A DNA stretch of 64,000 nt from Daphnia carinata (taxonomy: Eukaryota), in the NCBI RefSeq assembly GCF_022539665.2, contig NC_081331.1, forward strand, positions 12,090,001-12,154,000, in the 5' to 3' direction. Made by a program: the position numbers and the translations under genes. The notes below the pieces were generated by a model that was not told where the DNA came from, made no database searches, and saw nothing but the letters and a program-made list of their open reading frames with translations. Shown piece by piece: positions 48,001 to 60,490 of this stretch. Each line of letters starts with the position of its first letter. The first letter of the stretch is position 1.

Positions 48001-51000
48001 GCTCTCTACTTTTTTTTTTATGCAAAAGAGTTGGTCTTACATAGCTCTTGGCGCTGAAAGAAATCGTCGAACTGTCGAGTTTGAGAGCTGAATTCAAAAT
48101 GTCGGCTGAGGCTATTATTCTATTGATTTTCTTTTTCTTTTTCTCGTTCTATATTTGGAAGAGGGAATCATAAACGAGCGAAAATGTAAAACCGGTATAA
48201 TTAATGGCTGCCTGATATAGCGTGAAAAACTATAAGCCTTTAACGGGAAAGAACTCTGCGAACGTCACAAAAATTTTTGAATGGAAGAAAAACATTTTCT
48301 CGATTCGCTTCCCTATTTTTCCATCATCAAATTCAAATTCGTTGTAACGTTCGTCAGCAGTTTACGTACATGTCCCGTCTTTGGAAATGTATGTTGCCAG
48401 CCTATACGCAGTATAATAATATACAACTACAACTCCTTGTAATAGGCCCTTAGGACGGGTGCGCGCATAGTGCACAATGTGACGTAATAACTCGTCAACC
48501 CAATTATGGAAGAATTATTAATCCACTCGTCAACGAGATTGCAACGTAACTGACGAAGAAAAACATGAGGTGGAGTCATTGTAGCCTATAATTTAATCGT
48601 GACAAAATTAAATGAAGCTATTCGACGTATCGGAAGCTTCAATTATTTTTTTATGACGTCAATGTGTTTTTCTTTTCCCGTGAAATAGAGAGCTTGGCAT
48701 GTTACAGCGGCTTATTGTTGCATAGCACAGGCATGTCACGCGGGAATTTAGCCTGCCAATTCCCTCCGTTTGACAGCGCTATTTTAAACAGGTTACCTTG
48801 TCACGCACCGTTGTTTATTTATAAATTCCCACTGTACACACGTAGACGCGTTCGTGAATGTGCAACTCGGCCTCATATAAGGAATTACCTGTGCATACCG
48901 TAAAATAAAATTGAATGAAAAAAATGAATACCCAAATTACTTTGAAGCCAAACAGTTTCGCGGCACGTGGGACTAAACGACATTTCCTTGTATACCATAT
49001 TGGCCATACGTACTGTATGCTACCACCTATACATAACAGATTGTCAAACATATAGCTTCCCGTGAGTCGTGCTGAAAAACGCGGAAATAATATTTTCCCG
49101 TATACCCTAGGCGAACGCACTTGCACTACCGAGGTTATGGTAGATATGGATTGTACCCAGCCCTAGGGAAAGGAATACTCCAATCAAGCGGGTTCTGCGT
49201 TACGTGTCATTGACAAGATGGAAGGTGCCCGCATCACCCCATGTTTTGTTTTAAGGATAAGCTTAAATCCTAAAAAGGCATTTGTTTACATGGTAACACT
49301 GGAGGAAGGCCAACGAGGCTAAAAAAAAAACTGTGTGTGGTACACGCATGTTTACCAGTGTTGCCACGGTAAAATGTCCCCGGTTCGCGTGCAAAATTGT
49401 TCTGAAACAACTGACTGGCACAAACACCAATAACAAAGCCAAAGCGTAAAGGAAACAAAGACATCAGAAACAGAGTTGCTATAGCATTTTCGTGTCACGG
49501 AAGAACAACGCTCGAGGGTCTTGTATTTCCAACAAGTGCGTTTTTTTAAACACGAATGACATGGTGTTATCAGGGAAACGCAATCACTCCTTTACATGCG
49601 TTTAAAAAAAACATCGCAACAGTGGCAGAAAACAAGCCCAAAACAATGTTGGAATAGGAAACATATAATTTATTAGACAACGTAAACGATGACCGATCGA
49701 GCTATCAACTCATTTGCATTTTCATCTTAATAAAGAGACGATTACAATCACATAATAAATTGTTTAATTACGTGGTGTGTTTCAAATTACAGTTTTACCT
49801 CTGCAATTTGACCATGGATTTTAGTATTGTAAATAATAGTTTTAGCATTTTTTTTTGGCACATGTTTCTATTCAACAGAAGACGCCCAGTCATTCCTTGA
49901 TTGCGATTCGTTATACACTCAAGCGCACTACATTTATAAAGGAAAAAAGAAAGTGAGTCGGAAAGAGAATCTTTTTCGGTTGACGTGCAACTTTGCTCAA
50001 GTGTGAAGACCCTTTTCATGCGAACGATTTGCCAAAGATTTTTAAAGAATTACATTCACCGTTCTACTTCATAATATCATGGTTAAAAATAAATTAAGAA
50101 AAATATTATTCCTCCTGAAAATAGCTCAACTGTTGGGCCACTTTTTAAGGCATTAACATGTTTGTTTTGTTTTAATGGCATCTACGATGACATGATAAGT
50201 TAGCAAATATGATCTATAAAGCTGTTCCGTGTTGATGTATGGTCGCTCAGTTCAATGTCCCTTTGGTAAACACAGGATTATTCCACTCTTCCCTACATAC
50301 TCTAAAGCTGATGACTCATTACTAAAGGAACTCTATCGTGTCCATGTAAAACGCTACGGATGAAAACAGCAGTAAACAATCGACGAAAAACAAAATCAAA
50401 AGGAGCATACCATCCACTAGTCTATCTAGCTATATGTACGGTGTAACACAGTGGTCCAGAACTCACCAAACACATTCGATTTGGTTTCTACACATCCATT
50501 CGGTGATGGAATCGAAGCTCCAGACGCCGCTACATACCCCGAGCAATAAGTTTTTCTTTCCACTGTTTTCTTCGTACGTTCGGGGGATTCGGCCTTTCTC
50601 ATTCGACCCGACAGATTGAACACACAAGGAGAAAATGGTGGAAAAGGCTACCGATCGATACCTTTATGTATTCCATCCCAAAACAGCGTTGCCTGATGCC
50701 TTAGTCATGGATCCACATTGTCACTTCACTCTCACATTCACCACTCATTGCTCTTTGCGCCGCTATATGTACCAAGCATTCGACAACATTCTACATACAA
50801 TTAGGGCTTCCATCAGTACGACAACTAAGCACTTCCCAGCCCTTGGAATCTTGATGAATAACAACGAGGAGTTCGCTGAGCGATTCCAAATACCAAGTCC
50901 TTCTCGTGTTCTACAATGTCCGTTCTAGCATTCGAAGATTCACTGCCTTTGAAATTGCATAAATGTTGATATGGAAAATGTTCTATCTACTGTCAAGCTA

Positions 51001-51918
51001 TAAGCTCTAGAAGGCTAATAGCTCTATGGCAACATGGCAGGGCACGCTCAGATAATATATGTAGATTTGAAGCCTCCCCTCCATGTACGCATTGTATCAT
51101 TGGTTGCCTCGTTTGAAATATTTTAATCCGAGTTCAATGTCTTTTAGAAATTACAAGGAAAATACTTTCGTACCGTTCGCGCGTCTCTTATAATCGCCTT
51201 AAACTTGGAATTAGAAGCCTTTGTCACAGTCTATGCAAATGAATGATTTTGCGGAGAGACACTTCAGACGACGTTTTCTCCTCATTCGTGCAAATCAAAA
51301 TGCGGGGCGTACGATTCAAAAATATTTCTATCGCTACATCGTTGCGACTTTATTCTGCAGCTGTTGTCTCTTTCATTTTAACCATTTTTTTTTGAAATAT
51401 TTCTCTCCCCTGATATAGGACGAATGTACAATCTTCAGCAGTTGGCACGCACAGCCGAGGAGCCCCGCCCAAGTGGGACAGCATAAAAACAAAACGGTTA
51501 CATCACACACAGTCAACTCGAAAAGGAAACGAAGATATTGGCGTACTCTGTCACTTGACATTTGTTTTAGAAAATTAAAAATAAAATCTTGTTGCCCGGG
51601 GAAAGTGATGATTTAACATCTCGAACTCGTTCAAGTGGAATGACCCAACAGGAATAAGAAGACGACTTAGAAAAACAGCAGCGATGGAATAGAAAAAAAA
51701 AAAAAAAATCAAACAAACGGGTTTTATATCAACCCAGCTGTACGCGTTGGTGACGTTAACCAACCAAACCGATAATTATCCGCAATTAAAATATTTAAAA
51801 GAAAAAAAAGGGAAGAAAGAAAAGAAAAACATTTAATGGGAAGAGGCACGGATTGCGACGGCATAAGGTAAAGGCCCGTCCCGATGACGGGGCGTTTTGG
51901 CCCCAGCTGTGGAGGCTC

Positions 51919-52288
51919 ATGTCGTCTACGTCGTCGATGTCGGCCAGTGCTGGCGGCGGCAACAGACGGCGGGGCGTCTTCTCGCTGGGCAGGTATCATT
52001 TGCCAGTGGTCGGCTCTGCCAACGTCCAGCAACAGCATCTCATCGATAGCAGCAATTCGGGCGGCGGAGTACGGGCCGTCAAGTACACGCCGCGTGGACA
52101 TCCATTGCAACAGCAAGCGGACACGTCATTACTTCACGGCTACAGTCACGCCAATTCACGCGACAACGGACAGCAGGACGATGAACTCGAAGAGATTGCC
52201 GTCGTCTCCGTTTCGGGCGTCCAGTCCGGCCAGCTCACTTACGGCTCAGCCGGATCGTCCATGGCAAACGGACCCAGAGTCGTTCCAG
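51919..52288 (+). CDS. Probable first coding exon of an unidentified plus-strand gene (disordered S/G/Q-rich N-terminus); downstream exons not found in the window
   Basis: GC-rich island in AT-rich flanks with coding-like codons (GGC, GTC, CAG, TAC, GAC). Reads MSSTSSMSASAGGGNRRRGVFSLGRYHLP...DDELEEIAVVSVSG...NGPRVVPG and ends at a strong donor CCAG|GTAAGC (phase 1). Candidate upstream acceptor TCTCCCCTGATATAG| at 51418. Start codon uncertain. Confidence 0.62.
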
Positions 52289-55200
52289 GTAAGCGAAAAT
52301 GCACTGGATTATAGAAAGTAAAGTTCGTTGTTAAGAGCCTTGCAACGGTCAAACACCGGAGGAGAAGGATTTCGCTTCCCTTTGCGGATGAATTTCCCTG
52401 GAAACCATACACAACAAGCACTCGACCAGTGACCAGTCAGTCTGACCAAGTGGTCGTTTAGTTTTCAACTCTCTTCTCGTCGATTTCTCTCTCTTTCGCG
52501 TGCACTTGCAACGATCTAATGGTTCCCACCTTCCTACGCTTCGCTTCCCCCGCCATACGGTTGTTAGACGTCGTCTCGGCGACGCTTCCCACACACAGTT
52601 TGCCGCACCCTAACCCAGTCGCGGTTGATTTCTAATAGTCTCAAATAGGCTTTAAAAAAAAATGTCGGCAAAAACTTTTGATACGTACATAATTCGACTA
52701 GCCCTGGAATTCTTAATCAACTGGTTTTTCTTTCGACGTTCTTCCTACATTATCATTGACAATTTACAGCTGCCAATTCGATAAGGCGAATTGCATTAGG
52801 AGCCGTTGGAACGGACAGAATAAGAAGCCGATGAAAAAAAAAAGAAAAAAAGGAAGAAAACAAAAGAGGATCGTGAGAGTTCTGGAAAAAAAAGGGTAGA
52901 GTCGCAGAATACAAAATACGAAGGACGCGCAAGTAAAAAGTCCAGTCAGCAACTCTAATAGTATTTGGCCGTTTATTTCGCCTCAAGTAACAACGAAATG
53001 ATGCAACTTGAACATCAAAACCGTCGGCGTGTTTGTCCGTCTATCCTCTCTTTACTGGAACGCACCGATCGTCGGCCATCGAACTGAATAACAACACACT
53101 AAATAAATACTCAATTTTATATTGTCCATTAAACTGGATTCTTACTTATACTTTGTCTCAGTTCCTTACACGAAGACCCTAATAACCATAGATTGTTTGA
53201 TTCGACAATGTTTCGGATCATTCCGCATCTTTGATAGTCTTTTTTAAAAATCATTTATCTGTAACTATCCGTTCGTCTCCGTTTTATTTGAGTGGACGTG
53301 ATCAATCCTCAAAAGGAAAATGGTTACCCAATTCCCTTTCATTCACGCCCGACGTTTCTTAATTTTCTCGAGTGCCAAATGGATAAGTTCCAACTGGTGT
53401 TCCCTCCCACTTTCCTATTGCATTTACTTTTGTGGACTATACCTTTTTATTTTCAACTGGGGAGGAGCGTACGCCAATACAATGCATCTACGTATAAAAA
53501 AGGTTCACGAACGTGCACAACTGAACGAACGTTCCGAGCAATTCCCTTTGATCTCTTCGTTGCATTGATTCGGGTAGGGGAGGGTCGATGGCGATACACG
53601 CCAGCGTCAAATCCAGCGTCAAGTGTCGACCCTTTTATATATAGTCACTTAGATCAACAGTTGCTAATGTGTCCATAAATGCCACTTGGGAATGAAATTA
53701 TATACAACAGGGTGGCAACGCAACAGATGTTTTGATTGATTCTATTTCTTTCTTTCATTTCATGAATTCAATTTATTCTGTTGGAACCAGGTAATAAGGG
53801 GAAATGCGTTCTGCCGAAATAGCTCTCAACTGACCAGGCTAAACAAAGTTAAGACATCAAGTTTGAAAGATGAACATAGAGAGTTTTTGTTTACCGAATC
53901 CGACGGCCATTGTACCAACTTTTTATCTGTACGTGATGGTTTTGTTGGCCTCTTCTACTTGGCAAAAGTCGTTGAACTTTGTGTCCGGCTGCACACGTAC
54001 CACTGACGTTCAGCCATGACTGCTGGACGGTTACCATCGACGCAATCACCGACCTCGTTTACTCGGTACAAAGTTTTCTCAGAACTACGGGCTTACAAAG
54101 ACTTGATTCTCTGTTATTTTCTGCCCGCTTTCCTCTAAAAACACAGAAGCATCCAACTTCTCCTGATTTTTCTTTTTCTTTCATCCAATCGACGTCCAGT
54201 ACGAAAAAAAAGGATAAGTAGTTAAACTGTATACATAAAAAAAAAACTGTACATAACCTAACGTTGCAACTTGTGAGCAAACATGCCATAAGGTCTTTTC
54301 AGCGCTTCTGGAGGCACAGTTAACCCTCAAAGTCCTCTACATAAGCTGTAGCAATTAAGAATGCATGCTGCAAGCATCTACAAGTTCCTTGTCTAACAAC
54401 ATCCGGAGTGCATAGATGGATTAGATAGGCCATTCTTGTTGTGTTTTTTTTTAAGAGCTACACTGAACAACCGCCCTCTTCTATACACAAGCTCGTTCGC
54501 GTGTTGTACATAAACAAACAGAGTCACGGTAAAGGAAAAAGGGAGGCAGGTCCTATATAGGTTGAGTTGCTTTATTGATCGTTTTTTCCGTGTAAAACTA
54601 AAAAAAAAAAAAAAAAGAGCGCCGGTTATATCACACATGTGTGTTTTGATGCGTGCTATGTGTATGTGTCTGTAGGCCTATATATACGTGGACGTAAGCG
54701 AAAGCCATCGAAGATCTATAAAGCTTCTAAGCTAAGCTATATACAGCTGAATAGTGGAGGTATGGAGAAAGTGGCTGGCAAAGCGGAAGACGAATATATA
54801 TTGGGGACGAAGAGAACGGAAGGAGGAGAATACAAAGAGAAGTAGACGCAGAAAAAAGAGACGGGCCCATCCGTCGTTCTATATCTCCTTTTATTTTTCC
54901 ATCTTCACATAGCGAAATAAATATAACACAGACGAGAAAAAGGAAGAAGATTAAAAAAAAGAAAAGAAAAAGGGAGCATCGTTTTCACTAGTGCCTTTAC
55001 GCTAGAAAAATAGCACCGCGTAACGCACACGTACAGTGTGTATACATAACCTTGTGCCAAGAAGAGAGAAAATAAGGGGGAAAGCAGATGAAAACCGAAC
55101 GTAGAGAAAACGAAGGGAGTAAAAGAACCGGCAAGACGGACGATATCGATCCGTCCGCTGTGTACCGTCTGCTGGATGCTGCCGGATAGACGAATGGGTG

Positions 55201-58200
55201 GAATACCTCCATACCCACACTATCGCCTGCTAGACTCTTTTTATTTTCGTTATAGCGGCCTCTACACCCATTTTTCTCACTCTATTATCTTCTTTCGTTG
55301 ATTCTCTATGGCACACCTATAGGCTGCCTACACGTAATGTTTAGTTCCATTCCAGCAGCTCACCATAGTCTTTCATTTTCCTCCAGCCAGTCCATTTTTG
55401 TTTGTTTTTTTCTCTTTGCCATCCTTTTTTATTCAATTGCGACAACTTCGTTCGCTAGCGTTTCGACAGCTTGCCCATCTATAAACGAATTTTATAGCAC
55501 AATTGCTACCCTAAACCGATGGCATCTTCTTTCATCACCTAAACCTGTAATTATATATTGGAAATGGCTACAGATTCCTAAATGTGCAGGTGAATTACAG
55601 TGAAAACGGGATCATCATCGATCCACGAAGAGGACCTTATCAGCAGACACCGATGGCTTAATGATGAAGCGCTCGGCTAAAAAGAAACACGAGTCGTTCT
55701 TCATGAAAGGGCAACTTTCAACAATTTTTGAGTTCACGCTTACGCAAGCGTTGCCGTTTAAGCAGCTCATCAACAGGACCACTTAATTAAATTTGATTGT
55801 AGACAGACAGATGCCCTTAAATAGACGACTATCATCGAATCGCATCGCATTCTTACTATCATGGGCTTTTCTGACGTCGCTCTTTTTATTTTATTGAAGT
55901 GGACGACATATTCGCTTTATGCTAATGATTCAACTCCTTGAGGAAATTGTATCTATCACGACTTGTGCTACGTTTTCTTTCTAAATCCATAAATATGGTT
56001 AAAAGCCCACTCCCAATTTCGAATAACATCATATTGGATTGCGTAACTTGACACCTGAGATCTTTTATTTGACATCCGACAGTTGACAGAATAAAAAATA
56101 AAACGAATAAATGATGGAGTGAACGTGAGTGAACATGAGGCTGGTTTCCGCTGGTCTCTGTTGACAGTTGTACATGGCTCGTCTGAGTTGTTGTTTGGCT
56201 GCTCTCGGGTGCGAGTGATATCCGGCGTTATCTATACATAGCTTCGGCCCTGTTTGCGTCGCTTGTTTTATATCCACTGTCAAACAACAAGACACATCTT
56301 TTTGATTTCTCCATGTCTCTTTTTGTGGTAAGATATATGCGTGCTATATTGTGTGAAATGTGTAGTAACGGATACTGTGCACATCCGCAATAGGATGGCC
56401 TTCATGCAGACAGCAAACAGATGGGTTTAGAGGGACCCAAAGAGATGTACAATATATTCCTTATTTTAAAAATAAACAAGATGCATATAATGTTACAAAT
56501 AAGGTGCCCTACATCAATGTATATGTAGATAGCGCAAAAACGAAAAAGATGCGCGCCTCTTTTCCCTTTGGCGATGCCTCAGTGTAACATACATCCGAAC
56601 TAGCCATAACTATAGCTCTTCTGTTCCTATCTACAAAAGAGCTTTGTCCTTGTACGAGAAAGAGATAAGACACTCTACTTTTATAGCATTACTTTTGTGC
56701 TGCATTCCCGTTATGCGATGGTCTGTCTCTAATCTCGTTCCTTTCGTCATCGCTGCGGTTTAATAGAGCACGATTGCGTGTCCCTTTCGCCTAACTGTCA
56801 GCCACAGAAGCGCATACGGCCAAGATTTAGCGACAGTTGCTTTAATGCCAGCATCCCAACGCTGTCTATCGATATTTTTATACATGTTTCTATATGCGAC
56901 CGTCTCTTCCCTACACAATGTCTGCCAGCGTTCGTTAAAGTGGCTCTTGGGCCGCGCTAAACAGAAGCGGCAACCTCTGAGGGCACGGCGCGTCCTTATC
57001 GCCAAATACTTAAGGGCACATGACAGACGACGCCCGCATTTTCGCCGTCTCAATGCGACAACACAGCGAGAGTCTGCCTGTATCAGTCACTCTCGTCCCT
57101 TTCTATGGTGGTTAAATGCGTATATAGATATATACTGCGTGTGATGCAGCTGCACATACACATCATATTCTGTGCCTATTATCATTATGGCTCTCTCTCG
57201 GCGCCTCGAATCTCTGCGTGCGTCCAAAAGGAAAATGATTGTTTTATCGCACAGCATCAGGCTACTGAATATTCGATGGTTATGCTGACGGCCGTTCTAT
57301 TTATTATTTCATTATTCAGCGGCAATCGTCCATGTAGCTCCTACAGAGATCATTAAGACACGAAGAAAGTAAATAGCGAAGCAAACGATAAATCAGCACG
57401 ACCTGCTATTCAGATAACAAGACGTTACGCTTTTAGAAATAAAATAGGCCATTTAGTAAATCCTTGACAAAAGTTAAAGGTAAGATGGGAAACGACCACA
57501 GGGAAAGAAATCGATCGATTGTATATGGGCAGCGATTGAATCTGTCCAAAAATAGAAATACGCGACAACAAAGAGGTAGCCATCGCCTTGAAATGGCACA
57601 AGCTTTGCAGATTTAAAATCTCTTTCGTGTTCGTTTGCCGTCTAGTCGTAGCTTTCCTTTTGTGTGACTTGAAAGACGAAGAGCTCCCTTTTGTCGCTTT
57701 CTATGTCAAGTTCTATTTACATAATCGATAACTAAAACTGTTGAACTACGCGAAAATGTGGCGGTGAATAGCAAAACGATGGGAGGACGTGTCTCATCTT
57801 GTCCGTTCTCCGATGTATGAATCTTAAACAAGACGTAGCACTGGCCTAAATATATCTATTCACGAACATATGGGGTATCGCTATAGTCTATCAATGGGGC
57901 TACGAAAAAAAACCCGAACGATGGATGCAATAAGTGAAAACAATAGTCGATGGCAACTACCAATTTTGGATGGATGTGTTGTAGAATCGTGATTGAAATT
58001 TCTGCTATCCTCAGCAATGCGTGCAACGTTCCTATCGTTCCCAGATGCCATATGAACGTTACGTCCAGCACTCGAGATAAAAACAAGCCCGCATTTCAAC
58101 ATTAAGCGGATGATGAGGTTTTTCTAGTCTACGCGTGATTTCTCTCTTCAAAGTGACCGAAAGGTTGGCGGAATATATTGCTTCTTGAGTCAATGGCTTG

Positions 58201-60450
58201 ACCCAAGAAAAATGGGATGGATCTTTGGATCTCATATCCGGTCATAGGGAATCATATGGAGCTCGAAACCTGTTCGCGTGGAAAGAGGATAGAAAACCAT
58301 CGAAAGGAATACAACGGGATACGAATAGATTGAAAAAGGAAATCTTTTTATTTACACGAAAACCGAAACCCTCTCCTTTTTTTTTTGTTGACAGATTTAT
58401 GATATCTTGCGGGAACCGACTTCAAATATGAACTTAGCTCCTTCACAGTCTATACCCCAAGTCCTTGTGCTCTTCCGGTATTTTCTTTTATACGGATCAA
58501 GAATATTGGACATGAAACGCGTGATTTGATTTCCCATGAAATTCTTTGTTATTAAATTGAAGAAATACCAAAATTCGACGATCCTTATGCAGAAATCTAA
58601 AAAAACTTAAATCCACTTACTAAAAGATTTTCTTAAAATATCAAACATCTCCTCACTACGTACGGAGAACTGCGTTTGCAACACGCTTACGTAACTCTAC
58701 ATACTAGGAAGAGTTCAAAGATTTTTTTTTTGTTTTCTCCAGAAATTCTCCACCTGCTTGGTTCCCTCATTCTATAACTTTCCGCCAGCTCACCCGCGTG
58801 ACGCTAAGTCATCGAATTTCTGTCAGGTTGCCAAGCCGAAAGATGTTCACATAGAAAACGGTCTGAGACACAAGGCTAGATTGCGTGGCTAATGTATAAA
58901 CTATATACATCAGCAAAAACATGCTGGCATATATATCAGTATCATTCCTTTTCATCTTGTTCCATTCTGTTTGATCCCTATGCCTCGTTCGGCGTGACAT
59001 GTTGCTCTTGTCATGATTGCCTCGATTTCCATTTTCGACTATATCCATCTCGTTTCATACACTTGTCCACCATGGCTTAAAATCAATATTTATATTTAAA
59101 AAAACGTTTAAACGGAGAAGGTGGAAAGGCATTGTGATCAAATAAATCTTACTTTTTTCGGAAATTTGTGGAAAATTCGTCATTTTAATCAACAATCTCT
59201 CTACGCATACACAGAAAAAAGAAGCGCCATGCGTTGCATTTAATGCTGGAGGCATTTTCGATTCAGATAAATCATTTGCCCATTTTTTCTATACATATTA
59301 TTTGTTTGCGAATTCTTCCAATCGACGGTTTTCTACTCCTATACATTTTTAGAAGCGCGTCTGCTTTGAGGATCGTATAAAAATATAAGCTCAACAGAAT
59401 ATTGATATTCAAAAGAAAATTGAAAAGACTGAGGATTGGGAAAACTTGGGGATGTTGGAAAACCCTCGCCTATTTATGATAATGTAGGATGATGTCCGCT
59501 GATTTCACATCAAGGAGAATCCTACAGATTTCCAATGCACAGCATATAAGTAAGTTACGTTGATCGAAGAGCATGGAAAATAGCCGCAAAGGGTGACTGC
59601 ACTAAAACTTCAAACTCGGTCGGGGCTATCTGCTATGCACAAATCTATAAAAAAGGGAGAGAAAAATCTTTAAATCGGACGAGTGTGTCCCGTGAGTCTC
59701 CATGTTAGATATACCACTACTTCGATATACCTTGGATGTCTTGTCTATTTGTCTGTCTGTCTGGCTAGCCAATTTTCAACGGACCCAAAACTTTGGCAAT
59801 GAACTTTCCGTGTGTCGCGTTCGCGGTTCGAAAGGCTAACTCGATTTTCCTGTATCTACCGTGATGTGAATTATGAATAAATAGAACCAAAAAGGACGGA
59901 GACCCGAACACTCCCCTATGTTGCTCTTTGCTATATATATGCAGTTTCGGCATTTATTTTTGATTTTCTTTTGCTTTTCTCTTTAAAGTAGACGACGCTA
60001 TCTATATGTACAGCATAAAATGGTTCGGTTGCCATAGTAACATCTAAAGCCATTGTGCAGAATCGGAAATGCAACTCGACTCAGTTTTTATTTCAAAACT
60101 TACGATACGCCTAGGCAATCCTACAGCTTGATAGCGTAACGGTATATGGTAAAAATTTTGACACAGTTTAATGTATTGTTCAAGACGCTATATGTATACA
60201 CGTCAGTTCACTTGTGACTAAAGCCAAACAACAAGGGAAGCCCGCTCCCTTGAATTTCAAATTTCACATCAGTCGTTTTATTTCTCCCCCTCAAAAATCG
60301 TCTATCCGGCCCTGTTTTTCACGACGCGATACATATATATCCCGCTCATGTATTTTTTACACAGCATAGCCCTCGTTTGTTGCGCGTGTGTCTAGTCGAC
60401 TTGTAGACGCAGACTACACACCACAGCCAACGAGTATATATCGAAGAAGA

Positions 60451-60455
<5 letters not shown>

Positions 60456-60487
<32 letters not shown>
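60456..60487. repeat. (GA)16 microsatellite
   Basis: Directly visible. Confidence 0.95.
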
Positions 60488-60490
<3 letters not shown>

